Source of the DNA: an uncultured delta proteobacterium
GTDB lineage: Bacteria > Myxococcota_A > Polyangia > Polyangiales > Polyangiaceae
DNA length: 64,000 nt
NCBI GenBank assembly: GCA_963850305.1
Contig: CAWKKR010000007.1
Coordinates: forward strand, 544,001-608,000
Direction of reading: 5' to 3'
This document shows, piece after piece, positions 29,045 to 39,591 of the stretch. Both the position numbers and the translations under genes were made by a program. The notes under the pieces are model-generated. The model ran no database searches. It was not told where the DNA came from and saw only the letters and a program-made list of their open reading frames with translations. Position 1 is the first letter of the stretch. Every line of letters begins with the position of its first letter.

Positions 29045-32000
29045 ATGTCGCAGCTAGTGGACACGTCAGTCGGCACCCAGAACGTCGAGTTCCTCGAAGG
29101 GCTCTACGAGGAATACCTGCGAGATCCCTCGAGCGTCCCGCCCGATTTTCGAGAGTACTTCGAGTCGTTCGGTGCAGTTCAGTCCCCGACGCGGATCGGT
29201 CCGTCTTTCACGCCGAGGAGTCTGTTCGATTCCGGTCGCCGACGGACGAACGGAAGTGACGGACACGACGTTGTGCCGCGCGCGGCGTTCGGTGGCAACG
29301 GCGCAAAGCCGGCGCACTCGGCCAACGGTGCGGGTCTCGCCGGGGGGGTGTCGACGGTTCCCGCCGAGATGCCGATTCTCGCAGGGCCCGTGCTGCCCGC
29401 CAGTCCCATCGCGGATCTGAGCGAGACCAGTCTGCGGGTGCCGCCAGTGGGCTCGCTGCGGCCCGAGTCGCTCCACGAGACGCTCGACATCGCCATACGT
29501 CAGGATCGCGTCGATCAGCTCGTCCGCGCGTACCGCATCCGCGGGCACATGATCGCCAAGATCGACCCGCTTGGAATGGCGCGCCCTGCCGTCGTCGAGC
29601 TCGACCCGAAATTTTATCACCTGACCGAGGAGGATCTCGATCGCCGGTTTTCGAGTCGCACGATCTACGGCACCGAGACGCTCACGCTGCGCGAGATCCT
29701 CGACCGCCTGAGAAGCACTTATTGCAGGTCCATCGGCGTCGAGTTCATGCACATCCACGATGTCGAGCCGAAGAATTGGCTCCAGGAGCGGATGGAGGGC
29801 ACGGAGAACCGGATGGAGATCTCGGTCGCGGAACAGCGACGGATTCTCACTCTGCTCACCGACGCGGTCATGCTGGAGGAGTTCATCCAGCGCAAATATC
29901 TCGGTGCCAAGAGCTTCTCGCTCGAGGGGTCGGAGAGCTTGATCCCGCTCCTGGCGCTCACCATCGAGCACGCTGCAGACCACGGTGCCGACGAGTTCAC
30001 GCTCGGCATGGCGCACCGCGGGCGATTGAACGTGCTCGCGAACATCATGGGCAAGAGTCCGCGGGAAATCTTCCGCGAGTTCGAGGACCTCGACCCGCTT
30101 CTTTACAGGGGTCGCGGCGACGTGAAGTACCATATGGGGTACAGTTCGGATTATCTGACGGCGGCAGGGCGAAAGGTGCACCTCTCGCTGTGCTTCAACC
30201 CGAGCCATCTCGAGTTCGTGAATCCGGTCGTCGTGGGTCGGGTTCGGGCGAAGCAGGATCGCATCGGTGACGCGGAGCGGAAGCGGAAGATAGCCCTCGT
30301 CATTCATGGCGATGCGGCAATGGCGGGAGAGGGCATCGTACAGGAGACGTTCAACCTCAGCCAGCTACGTGCCTACAATGTTGGTGGCACCATTCACGTG
30401 GTCGTGAACAACCAGATCGGCTTCACGACACCCCCGTGGGAGTCGCGTTCCTCGACGTACGCGACGGACATCGCGAAGATGTTGCAGATCCCGATCTTCC
30501 ACGTCAACGGCGAAGATCCCGAGGCGGTTGCGCAGGTCGTGAGGCTCGCGATGGATTTCCGGATGACGTTCAAGCGCGACGTCGTGATCGACATGTATGG
30601 TTATCGCCGTCACGGTCACAACGAGGGCGACGAGCCGTCGTTCACGCAGCCGGTTCTTTATCGCGCGATTTCGAAGCGCGTGAGCGTTCGGGACGGTTAC
30701 CTCGGACACCTGCTCGCGCTGGGCGGCATCACGCGGGAGGACGCCGACCAGATCGCCGTGGAGCGCCGTGCGCATCTGGAGCAAGAGCTGACCGTTGCGC
30801 GACGCAAGGACTTCAAGAGGGTCGACGACTGGCTCGGAGGTTACTGGACCGGTTACACCGGCGGCCCCGAGTCCGCGGCTGACGAGATCGATACGGCCCT
30901 GGACGCATCGACGCTGGCGGCCTTCATCGAACGCATGTCGGAAGTTCCGGACGGCTTCACCCCGCACCCGAAGATCGTCCGTCTTCTCGAGCAGCGCCGC
31001 GAGATGGCTCACGGTAAACGCGCGCTCGACTGGGGTACGGCCGAACTCGCTGCGTTCGCGTCCCTGGTGACCGTCGGCATCAGGGTTCGCTTTACGGGTC
31101 AGGACGTCCCGCGCGGCACGTTCACCCAGCGGCACACAGTTCTCTACGATTACGAGAACGGCAAGACGCATACGCCGCTCGCGCACCTCTCGCCGACCCA
31201 GGCGCCGCTGGAGATCTTCAATAGCGCGCTCAGCGAGGCGGGCGTGCTGGGCTTCGAGTGGGGTTACAGTCTCGACTACCCCGACGGGCTCGTCGTCTGG
31301 GAAGCGCAGTTCGGCGATTTCGTGAACGTGGCGCAGGTCATCATCGATCAGTTCATCATGAGTGCGGAGGACAAGTGGAAGCGCCTGTCCGGGCTCGTCC
31401 TTCTTTTGCCGCACGGGTTCGAAGGCATGGGCCCGGAGCATTCGAGCGCGCGCATGGAACGCTGGCTCGCGCTGGCCGCGGAGGACAACGCGCAGATCGT
31501 CCAGCCAACGACGCCCGCGCAGCATTTCCATCTGCTCCGCCGTCAAGCTCTCCGCAAATGGCGAAAACCGCTAGTCGTGTTCACGCCCAAGAGCTTGTTG
31601 CGCCATCCGCTCGCGACGAGCTCTCTGGAGGACGTCGCGGCGGGCAGGTTCCACCGCGTGCTTGGCGACGAGCTCTCATCTCGTACGAAAAAGGTGGGCC
31701 GAGTCATCCTCTGCTCGGGCAAGCTCTATTACGACCTCGTGAAGCACCGGCAGGACACGGGACGCGAAGACGTTGCGATCGTCCGCCTGGAGCAGCTCTA
31801 CCCTCTCCCCAAGAAGTCGCTACTCGCGGCGCTCGATCCGTATTCCGACGGCGTGTCCCTGGTCTGGGCGCAAGAAGAACCGGAGAACATGGGCGCCTGG
31901 CGGTACATCCGGGTGCTCCTGGGTGAGCGCGTCTTCGGCCGATGGCCGCTGAGCGTCGTTGCCCGTGACGAGTCCGCCAGCCCGGCGACGGGCTCGGCCT

Positions 32001-32068
32001 CCAGTCACCGGATGGAGCAACAGGAGCTGATCCAAAAGGCGTTCGGCGTCGCGTACGAGCCGGTGTGA
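29045..32068 (+). CDS. sucA: 2-oxoglutarate dehydrogenase E1
   Basis: AYRIRGH, FSLEG, GMAHRGRLN, GDVKYH, HGDAA, WEAQFGDF, PEHSSAR; start 29045 preferred. Confidence 0.97.
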   Translation: MSQLVDTSVGTQNVEFLEGLYEEYLRDPSSVPPDFREYFESFGAVQSPTRIGPSFTPRSLFDSGRRRTNGSDGHDVVPRAAFGGNGAKPAHSANGAGLAGGVSTVPAEMPILAGPVLPASPIADLSETSLRVPPVGSLRPESLHETLDIAIRQDRVDQLVRAYRIRGHMIAKIDPLGMARPAVVELDPKFYHLTEEDLDRRFSSRTIYGTETLTLREILDRLRSTYCRSIGVEFMHIHDVEPKNWLQERMEGTENRMEISVAEQRRILTLLTDAVMLEEFIQRKYLGAKSFSLEGSESLIPLLALTIEHAADHGADEFTLGMAHRGRLNVLANIMGKSPREIFREFEDLDPLLYRGRGDVKYHMGYSSDYLTAAGRKVHLSLCFNPSHLEFVNPVVVGRVRAKQDRIGDAERKRKIALVIHGDAAMAGEGIVQETFNLSQLRAYNVGGTIHVVVNNQIGFTTPPWESRSSTYATDIAKMLQIPIFHVNGEDPEAVAQVVRLAMDFRMTFKRDVVIDMYGYRRHGHNEGDEPSFTQPVLYRAISKRVSVRDGYLGHLLALGGITREDADQIAVERRAHLEQELTVARRKDFKRVDDWLGGYWTGYTGGPESAADEIDTALDASTLAAFIERMSEVPDGFTPHPKIVRLLEQRREMAHGKRALDWGTAELAAFASLVTVGIRVRFTGQDVPRGTFTQRHTVLYDYENGKTHTPLAHLSPTQAPLEIFNSALSEAGVLGFEWGYSLDYPDGLVVWEAQFGDFVNVAQVIIDQFIMSAEDKWKRLSGLVLLLPHGFEGMGPEHSSARMERWLALAAEDNAQIVQPTTPAQHFHLLRRQALRKWRKPLVVFTPKSLLRHPLATSSLEDVAAGRFHRVLGDELSSRTKKVGRVILCSGKLYYDLVKHRQDTGREDVAIVRLEQLYPLPKKSLLAALDPYSDGVSLVWAQEEPENMGAWRYIRVLLGERVFGRWPLSVVARDESASPATGSASSHRMEQQELIQKAFGVAYEPV

Positions 32069-32176
32069 TGGGCCCGGGGTCCCTCCGGGCTGCAACGTGC
32101 GTAGGGGCGTTCGTGGGTTTTTTGGAGTGGTTCCCGTGTAGCGTCCGTTGAGGTAGACCGGAACCGAAGGAACCAT

Positions 32177-33412
32177 ATGGCCGTCGAACTGCGAGTGCCC
32201 GAGGTCGGGGAGTCGATCACCGAAGTGGAGATCGGCGATTGGTTGAAGAACGAAGGCGACCGCGCCGCGAGGGAAGAGGCGGTCGTGATGATCGACACCG
32301 ACAAGGTGACCGTCGAGCTTCCGGCGCCCGTGAACGGGGTCGTCACGAAGATTCTCGTGTCGAAGGGCGCTACGGCGAAGGTCGGGCAGGTCATCGGTTA
32401 CATGGAGGAAGCTGCCCCCGCAGTCACTCGGTCGACTCCACCGCCGGCGATGATTGGAGCTCCGGTGAATCTCGTCGCGAAGGTCGCCGTCCCCCCGCCC
32501 GGGCCCGTGACGGCTCCCACACCCGTTGCGCCGCTGGCGCTGGAAACGCGAGTGATGCCGGCCGCCGATCGCGCGCTCCACGACGCCAATCTCGTCCCGG
32601 CGGACGTCGTGCCCACGGGGCCGGGCGGCCGCATGCTCAAAGAAGACGTCGTGCGTGCGGCGGCCGCAAAACGGGCCCCAGACGCCACACCGTCGGCGCC
32701 GTCCGACGGAGAGCGCGAAGAAGAGGTCGTGGCGATGACGCCCATGCGGCGTCGCATTGCAGAACGCCTCGTCGAAGCCCAGCAGACGGCCGCCATGCTG
32801 ACGACGTTCAACGAGTGCGACATGTCGGCCGCGATGGCGCTCAGGAAGGAATATCAGCCACTCTTCCAGGAGAAATACGGCATCAAGCTCGGCTTCATGT
32901 CCTTCTTCGTGAAGGCGGCGATCGATGCGCTCAAGCTCGTCCCGTCCGTGAATGCGGAGGTGCGCGGTACGAACATCGTTTACAAAAACTATTACGACAT
33001 CGGTGTGGCCGTCGGCGGAGGGAAGGGCCTCGTGGTGCCCATCATTCGCAACGCAGAGCGACTCGGCTTCGCCGAGGTCGAGCAGGCGATCGCAAACTAC
33101 GGGGAGCGCGCAAAGAAAAACGCGCTCAAGCTGGATGAGCTCGCGGGGGGAACCTTTACGATTTCCAACGGCGGCATCTACGGATCCATGATGTCGACGC
33201 CGATCTTGAATCCGCCGCAGAGCGGGATTCTCGGGCTCCACGCGATTCAGGACCGAGCCGTGGTTCGCGACGGGCAGGTCGTCGTCCGGCCGATGATGTA
33301 TCTCGCGCTGACCTACGATCATCGTATCGTGGACGGCCGGGAAGCGGTGACCTGCTTGAAGCGAATCAAGGAGACCATCGAATCTCCGGCTCGCATGCTG
33401 CTCGAGGTCTGA
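32177..33412 (+). CDS. sucB: Dihydrolipoyllysine-residue succinyltransferase E2
   Basis: Lipoyl TDKV, GPGGR..KED, AMLTTFNE, YDHRIVDG. Confidence 0.97.
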   Translation: MAVELRVPEVGESITEVEIGDWLKNEGDRAAREEAVVMIDTDKVTVELPAPVNGVVTKILVSKGATAKVGQVIGYMEEAAPAVTRSTPPPAMIGAPVNLVAKVAVPPPGPVTAPTPVAPLALETRVMPAADRALHDANLVPADVVPTGPGGRMLKEDVVRAAAAKRAPDATPSAPSDGEREEEVVAMTPMRRRIAERLVEAQQTAAMLTTFNECDMSAAMALRKEYQPLFQEKYGIKLGFMSFFVKAAIDALKLVPSVNAEVRGTNIVYKNYYDIGVAVGGGKGLVVPIIRNAERLGFAEVEQAIANYGERAKKNALKLDELAGGTFTISNGGIYGSMMSTPILNPPQSGILGLHAIQDRAVVRDGQVVVRPMMYLALTYDHRIVDGREAVTCLKRIKETIESPARMLLEV

Positions 33413-34798
33413 ATGACGAAGCACGATCTCGTCGTGATCGGGGCGGGCCCCGGCGGTTACGTTGCAGCCATTCGCGCCGCCCAGCTCGGATTCGACACCG
33501 CGTGCATCGACTTGGAATCGGAGCTTGGTGGCACGTGCGTGCGTGTCGGGTGCATCCCTAGCAAAGCATTGCTCGAGGCAAGCGAGCGATTCGCCGAAGC
33601 GAAGCATGGCCTCGGTGCGTTCGGCATCGGCGTGACGGGCGTCGCACTCGATTTGAAGAAGATGCTCGGTCGCAAGGATGCGGTCGTGACGCAAAACACT
33701 TCCGGACTTACCTATCTCTTCAAGAAGAACAAGATCACCCGCTACCTGGGCCGCGGTCGGTTTCTGGCGCCGGGCCGCGTGGTCGTCGAGGGAGGTGGAG
33801 CAACGAGCGAGATCGATGCCAAGCACGTGGTCATCGCGACAGGTAGCAGGGTCGCGCCGCTGCGCGGGGTGACGGTGGACGGCGATCGGATCGGAACAAG
33901 CACGGAGGCGCTGTCGTATTCGTCCGTGCCGGAACGTCTCGTCGTGATCGGCGCCGGGGTGATCGGTCTCGAGCTTGGCTCGGTGTGGAGCCGGCTAGGT
34001 TCGAAGGTGACCGTGCTCGAGTACCTCGGCCGCATCCTGCCCGGAATGGACGACGAGATATCCGCCGAGGCAAAGAGGCTTTTCGAGCGCCAGGGGATGG
34101 TGTTCAGGCTCGGCGTGCGCGTAACCGGTGCGCGTCTCGACGGCAATGCCTGCGTGGTGGACGTCGATGGAGGCGAACCCGTGTCGGCCGATCGCGTGCT
34201 CGTGTGTGTCGGGCGGGTGCCCAATACCGACGGCCTCGGGCTAGACGCGATCGGAATCGAGCCCGAGCCACGCGGGCAAATCGCCGTCGATCAGCACTTT
34301 CGCACGAAGGTGGCCGGGGTCTACGCGATCGGCGACGTCATCCACGGGCCGATGCTAGCGCACAAGGCGGAGGACGAGGGCGTCGCGTGCGTGGAGCACA
34401 TCGCGACGGGTTACGGTCACGTCAACTACGACGCCATTCCGAGCGTCGTCTACACGCACCCGGAGATTGCGAGCGTGGGACGCACGGAAGAGGAACTGAA
34501 GCAGTCCGGCACTCCGTACAAGAAAGGCTCGTTTCCATTTTCGGCGAACGGTCGCGCCCGGGCTCTGGGTTCGACGGACGGCAGGGTGAAGATTCTCGCG
34601 CACCGGGACACGGATCGGATCCTGGGCGCACACATTCTTGGCCCGCGGGCGGGGGATCTGGTGGCCGAGCTCGTCACGGCGATCGAATTCGGGGCCAGCG
34701 CGGAGGACATTGCCCGGACGTGTCACGCCCACCCGACCCTGGCGGAAGCCATCAAGGAGGCTGCGCTTGGGGTTGCAGGCCGCCCGATCCATATCTGA
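33413..34798 (+). CDS. lpdA: Dihydrolipoyl dehydrogenase E3
   Basis: GAGPGGY, GGTCVRVGCIPSK, MLAHKA, HAHPTLAE. Confidence 0.97.
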   Translation: MTKHDLVVIGAGPGGYVAAIRAAQLGFDTACIDLESELGGTCVRVGCIPSKALLEASERFAEAKHGLGAFGIGVTGVALDLKKMLGRKDAVVTQNTSGLTYLFKKNKITRYLGRGRFLAPGRVVVEGGGATSEIDAKHVVIATGSRVAPLRGVTVDGDRIGTSTEALSYSSVPERLVVIGAGVIGLELGSVWSRLGSKVTVLEYLGRILPGMDDEISAEAKRLFERQGMVFRLGVRVTGARLDGNACVVDVDGGEPVSADRVLVCVGRVPNTDGLGLDAIGIEPEPRGQIAVDQHFRTKVAGVYAIGDVIHGPMLAHKAEDEGVACVEHIATGYGHVNYDAIPSVVYTHPEIASVGRTEEELKQSGTPYKKGSFPFSANGRARALGSTDGRVKILAHRDTDRILGAHILGPRAGDLVAELVTAIEFGASAEDIARTCHAHPTLAEAIKEAALGVAGRPIHI

Positions 34799-34811
34799 AT
34801 CGGGATGACGC

Positions 34812-35987
34812 ATGAAAACACGGCTAGAACGGGGGATTCGTGGCTCGCCAGAGCGGTGGACGGTTTCGTCCCGCGCGCGAGCCGGTTTCTGCGTTCCTCT
34901 GATAATCTTGGGGCTGACGGGCTGTCGGGGGCTGGCGACCCTCAAGCAGCGTTGCGTGGCGGGCGAAATCGAGGCGTGCGAATCGGCCTGCGCGAAAGGC
35001 GTTGTCGGCGAGGAAGGGTGCTTTCATGCTGGCGACCAGCACCGCCGCAAGGCGGCATTCGATCAGACGAGCCCTGAACTCCGGTTGGCATCGCGGTACT
35101 TCGCGAAATCCTGTGATGGTGGCTATGCTGACGGCTGCTTGTTCGCCGCGCAGATGATTGAAGCGAGGTACGCACAGCTCGATCTCGACGCTCCCAACGG
35201 GTCCGCTCCTCCGATGATCTCGGATACCGAGGTGATGGAGCGCGAGAAGCGATTGGGGCTCGCTTGCGACTACGGTTCGAGCGTCGGATGCAAGCGTCTC
35301 GGCGACATTCTGATCGGCAAGAACGCCGTGCGCGCGGATGCCGCGTACAAAAAATCATGTCAGAGCAGCTCGGACTCAGCGTCCTGTCTGGCTGCGCGGT
35401 TGCGCGAGGTAGAAACCGCCGAACAGTGGCGCGACACATGTACCCACGGCGCAGCCGACGCGTGCATGCGGCTCGGCGATCTCCTCTATGCGGTGGATCC
35501 GCCACGCGCGTACCGGTTGTTCGCGTCGGAATGCCAACTGCGGGGAGTGACCGCCGTTGCCGGCGGGCTGGGGACCTTCATCCGTGGCCGTGCGCGGCAA
35601 GCGGCGGCGGGCATTCCTGCAGATCCGGCGAAAGGAGCTGGATCGGTTCCGCCAGGCGACTCGATGCCACCCCTCCGGATCTCGCCCGCCGCCGTCAAGG
35701 GTCGGGTTCCCGTCGTCGAGGTCGATCGCGCGCTCAAGGAGGACGAAGCGGGCATCCAGTGGTGTCTCGGCTCGCTACCGAAGGATTTCGCTGGGATTTT
35801 CCACGTGTCTATGATCATCGACCTGACTGGCGACGTCTGGCGAGCGACCGTCGGCGACGCGCCGGCAAAGGTGGCGGAATGCCTTACGCCGCTTCTCGAA
35901 TCGATTCACGTCTCCACCCCCGGAACCGACATCGGCACTGCGACCCTCACGATGAGCGTCGGCCCTTCGGCGCATCCGGCCAGATGA
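34812..35987 (+). CDS. Lipoprotein with Cys-paired Sel1-like repeats and TonB-C/AgmX-like C-terminus
   Basis: LTGC lipobox; YFAKSCDGG..GC, LACDYG..GC, YKKSC; C-terminal IQWCL..IIDLTGDV..VAECL. Confidence 0.7.
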   Translation: MKTRLERGIRGSPERWTVSSRARAGFCVPLIILGLTGCRGLATLKQRCVAGEIEACESACAKGVVGEEGCFHAGDQHRRKAAFDQTSPELRLASRYFAKSCDGGYADGCLFAAQMIEARYAQLDLDAPNGSAPPMISDTEVMEREKRLGLACDYGSSVGCKRLGDILIGKNAVRADAAYKKSCQSSSDSASCLAARLREVETAEQWRDTCTHGAADACMRLGDLLYAVDPPRAYRLFASECQLRGVTAVAGGLGTFIRGRARQAAAGIPADPAKGAGSVPPGDSMPPLRISPAAVKGRVPVVEVDRALKEDEAGIQWCLGSLPKDFAGIFHVSMIIDLTGDVWRATVGDAPAKVAECLTPLLESIHVSTPGTDIGTATLTMSVGPSAHPAR

Positions 35988-36654
35988 CGGCGCGGCGCTT
36001 CCCAGCTCGCGGTCGCGCGCTACTCGCAGGTGTTTCGTCGACGTCGAAATCCCGCGCGGTCGTTGCGGCGAGAAGCTGTTCCATGCTGACCCACGCCAGG
36101 CGCTCGACCCTCTTCGTGGTGCCGCCGCTCGACCCGAAGTGCCCGTCGATCGCGAGCACCGAGAGTCCGTGAACCAGCGCCCAGACGGCCAGCGCGGCGT
36201 CGCGCGACGGGGGATTGGATTCGGGAACCGAAATCGTTCGGCAAAGCGTGTCTCGCACCAGGTCGAGCCCGCGTGCGACCCGCTCGTCACGTCGACTCCG
36301 CGCCCGCCGGGATGGTCCGAACATCAGCCGGAATCGAGCGGGATGCTTCAGCGCGAAGGCAATGTAAGCCGCGCCCATCGCCCGACTCTGCCGTCGCGGG
36401 TTTCCGCGATGGAGATCCGCCGCCAGTAGCATCTCCTCCTGCAGGAGCTGAAAACTCTCCTCCGCAACAGTGGCCAGTAGGGCGTCCTTGTGCTCGAAGT
36501 GATGGTACGGAGCCCCGTCCGAAACCCCTGCGAGTTTCGCTGCTGCGCGTAGCGTAAACCCCTCCGTGCCGCGCGAATCGACCAGCTTCGTAGTCGCTTC
36601 GACGAGCGTTCGGCGTAGATCGCCGTGGTGGTAGCCCGCCCCCTTTCGTTTCAA
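35947..36654 (-). CDS. TetR/AcrR-family regulator (WHG-type C-terminus)
   Basis: YHHGDLR, FTLRAAAKLAGVSDGAPYHHF, WALVHG. Confidence 0.92.
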   Translation of the reverse strand: MKRKGAGYHHGDLRRTLVEATTKLVDSRGTEGFTLRAAAKLAGVSDGAPYHHFEHKDALLATVAEESFQLLQEEMLLAADLHRGNPRRQSRAMGAAYIAFALKHPARFRLMFGPSRRARSRRDERVARGLDLVRDTLCRTISVPESNPPSRDAALAVWALVHGLSVLAIDGHFGSSGGTTKRVERLAWVSMEQLLAATTARDFDVDETPASSARPRAGKRRAVIWPDAPKGRRSS

Positions 36655-36829
36655 GTCAGCGCCTTAATGCCATGGGACGTTCGCGTTGCCAACGGCTGAC
36701 CGACCCCGACCCATCAGAATGCTCTCGGGGTTTTCTTCGGAACAGCGTTGTGAGAAAAGAACAGCGGGCGACGACCGAGTTCCTTCGGCTCATGACCGCG
36801 CCGCTCGAGGAATCGAAAGCGGAGCAGCG

Positions 36830-37498
36830 ATGGATGTTCACGCCATGCGGGAAGACGATGCATCGGAAATCCCTCCCGAAAATGGCAAGGGAGCCGAGCC
36901 CAAATACGATGGTGTAGTGCTGCCGGAGCACGCGAGCGCTTATTACTCGCCGCGTCCTCCACCGGCGACGACCGCTCACGACACCATCGAAACGGAGCCG
37001 GTTCGGCTAGACCCGGCGATAGACCCGGGCCTGATCCCCACCCAGCGCCTCACCGTCCCCGAGGCTGAACCGCCCGAAATTCCGCTCCGCTCGGACGCGC
37101 CGACCGTGCTCGTGCCCGTCGTGCGCGCGCGCCAGCGGCGGCGAAGAGCGGCTGCCATGGTGCTAGCGGGGGTGGTCGGTGTCACGGCCGGCATCGGGTA
37201 CGCGCTGCTGAACTCCCCGCCGTCTGCCGCCCCGGACAGGCGTGTTCCCGCTCTCCCCGTGGACGTGCCTGGCGCGGTGGTGGTCATCAGCTCTGCGGTC
37301 GGTTCGGGGCCCGAACCACCGGTCGATAGTCAGGCTTCAACTGTCCCGAGTGATTCTCCCGCAACTCTGCCGCCCAGCGTACCGAGTTCCCAGACGGTTG
37401 CTCGAAAGGAAGGAGCCCCGACGGTCGGTGCTCATCACCAGTCGCGCCGCCCCGCGGCCTGGTTCAAAGCAGAATCCCCGAAGGCGTGGATAAAATGA
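36830..37498 (+). CDS. Single-pass Pro-rich membrane protein
   Basis: GGAG before ATG 36830; RRRR followed by a TM helix; stop overlaps the next ATG. Confidence 0.65.
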   Translation: MDVHAMREDDASEIPPENGKGAEPKYDGVVLPEHASAYYSPRPPPATTAHDTIETEPVRLDPAIDPGLIPTQRLTVPEAEPPEIPLRSDAPTVLVPVVRARQRRRRAAAMVLAGVVGVTAGIGYALLNSPPSAAPDRRVPALPVDVPGAVVVISSAVGSGPEPPVDSQASTVPSDSPATLPPSVPSSQTVARKEGAPTVGAHHQSRRPAAWFKAESPKAWIK

Positions 37499-38556
37499 AT
37501 CGTTGGTTGTTCGGGGTCTGCGCGGCCCTTGGAGTCGCGTGGTGCCCCACCCCGGCGCGAGCTCAGGACTCGGCCGTTCGGGCCGAGGATGCCGCACGGG
37601 CCGAAGAGTTGTTCAGGCAGGGTACCGACGCCTTCGAGGCCGCACGGTATTCGGATGCATACGCCGCTCTTCGGTCGTCGTGGGACCTGTCGCATGGTTA
37701 TCGGAACGCGGCGGGCCTCGGACAGGTGGAAATTCGCCTCGAACAGTATCGGGACGCGGCAGAGCATCTGTCCTTTTGTCTACGTCACTTTCCAGCAGAC
37801 GGGGACTCCACGGCTCGTGGCCACGTCGAGCAAGGCCTTGCGGAAGCGCGAGAACACCTGGCCACGCTGCGCGTCAGCGTATCGCCGACGGAAGCGACTC
37901 TCTCGGTAGACGACAGGCCCGTCCCGGCGTTTGCCCGCGAGGGTGCGCTGTTCGTGGACCCTGGCACTCACATCGTGGCCGCCAGCCTCGATGGTTACGC
38001 GCCTGCCAAGAAAACCGTGGATGTTGCCGCCCGAATGTCTCAGGACTTGGCTCTCCAGCTGATACCGGCTTCGGCCTTTCCGGCGGCCGCTACGCCATCG
38101 CGACCTGCCCGGACCGTTCTCGCGCCCGCACCGAGGCATCCGGCCACCGCTCCGGATGAGGCCGGGCTTACTCCGCGCACGTGGGTCCTCATCGTGGGGG
38201 GGGCGCTGACCGCCGTTGCTGCCGGAACCGCCGTGCTTTTCGACTTCAAGGGGAGTTCGGCCGAGAGTGATCGGGAAGACCTCCGTGCTCAGCTTGGTTC
38301 GAACCCCGCGGCCTGCTCTGGGCCGACCCCGGAACCCTCCTGTGTCGCTCTGCGGAATGCCACGGACCGTCGGGATCACTACAACGCGCTAGCGACTGGG
38401 TTTGCGATCGGCAGCGCCGTGATGGCCGTAGCGACGCTGGGTGCCGCGCTGGCGGTCCCTGCCTCCGACTCGCCACGCGAGGCGCGGCCGCTCCAATCGC
38501 TCCGACTCGCCGTAGGCCATTCAACCGCCAGCGTGCTGCTCAGCGGGCACTTCTGA
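37495..38556 (+). CDS. TPR + PEGA domain exported protein
   Basis: Signal peptide; AEELFRQG helix; LFVDPGTH..LDGYAP; C-terminal TM pair and LSGHF. Confidence 0.8.
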   Translation: MNRWLFGVCAALGVAWCPTPARAQDSAVRAEDAARAEELFRQGTDAFEAARYSDAYAALRSSWDLSHGYRNAAGLGQVEIRLEQYRDAAEHLSFCLRHFPADGDSTARGHVEQGLAEAREHLATLRVSVSPTEATLSVDDRPVPAFAREGALFVDPGTHIVAASLDGYAPAKKTVDVAARMSQDLALQLIPASAFPAAATPSRPARTVLAPAPRHPATAPDEAGLTPRTWVLIVGGALTAVAAGTAVLFDFKGSSAESDREDLRAQLGSNPAACSGPTPEPSCVALRNATDRRDHYNALATGFAIGSAVMAVATLGAALAVPASDSPREARPLQSLRLAVGHSTASVLLSGHF

Positions 38557-38559
38557 GAA

Positions 38560-39591
38560 ATGCCGCGTGGACTTCGTGGAGGCATCCTGCTGGCGATGGT
38601 CGTCGCCGCGCTGGGCCGTCCCGTGCGCGCCGAGCCCAGTGAAAGACAGATTGAAACCGCGCGAGCCCTCTTCAAGGAGGCAACGGTCCTGCGTGAGCGG
38701 GGGCGGTTTGGCGAGGCCGCAGAAAAACTGAAGGAGGCCGTGGAGATCAAGGAAACGCCTGGGCTCTACTTTCACCTGGCCCACTGTTATGACGAGATGG
38801 GCCGCCTCGTCGAAGCAGCGCGCGCGTACGACCGCGCAGATGAACTCATCCGGCAGGGGGTGAAAGCGCCGGTCGTCGCAAAACTGCTCATCCCGACGAG
38901 AGCGAGTCTGCGCGAGCGTACGCCCACGATCTCCTTGCAAATCTCCGTCGCGGAACGCGATGTCCGGGCCACTCTCGACGGCGGTGACGTCCCGGCAAAC
39001 GCGCTCCGAGCCGCCCTCCCGCTCGACCCTGGCACCCACCGTCTTGTCGTGACTGCGCCAGGACGGGTGCCGTTCACGACGGACATCCTGCTGAGTGAAG
39101 GGGACGCCCGCATCGTCCAAGTCGTGCTTGCGCCGGTCGCGCCATCGCCAAGCCCGCCCCCTCCCGCCAAAGGTTCGGTCGAGCGGCGCCCGCCGGATTC
39201 TGCGTCGAAATCGGACGACGGTCCCGATCTCCGAGATGCGGTATTGATTGGAGCGAGCGCAGTCACGGTCGGCGGACTCATCGTGGGGACCTTCTTCGCA
39301 GTTCGGAACGCCGATGCCGGCCGTCGCGAGGCCGCCGACGTAAGCGCCATAGGCGACTCCGCTAGCGCGTGCCTAGGGGCTCCGACTTCGGCCTGCGAGG
39401 ACCTGCCTGCCGCGCTTACCGAACAAGTGAACGATCGCCGCTTTGCGATCGCTGGGTTCGTGGGCGCCGGTATCGGCGCAGCCTCGCTGCTGACCACCGC
39501 GCTGGTGTGGCCGGCTGCCCCGTCCTCGAACGGTCTGAAGGCCGAGGTCGGTCCGCTTCCGGGCGGGCTCCTCGTGCGCGGAGCCTTCTAA
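38560..39591 (+). CDS. TPR + PEGA-like exported protein
   Basis: ARALFKEA, YFHLAHCY, LDPGTHRLVVTAPG, ending VRGAF. Confidence 0.8.
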   Translation: MPRGLRGGILLAMVVAALGRPVRAEPSERQIETARALFKEATVLRERGRFGEAAEKLKEAVEIKETPGLYFHLAHCYDEMGRLVEAARAYDRADELIRQGVKAPVVAKLLIPTRASLRERTPTISLQISVAERDVRATLDGGDVPANALRAALPLDPGTHRLVVTAPGRVPFTTDILLSEGDARIVQVVLAPVAPSPSPPPPAKGSVERRPPDSASKSDDGPDLRDAVLIGASAVTVGGLIVGTFFAVRNADAGRREAADVSAIGDSASACLGAPTSACEDLPAALTEQVNDRRFAIAGFVGAGIGAASLLTTALVWPAAPSSNGLKAEVGPLPGGLLVRGAF

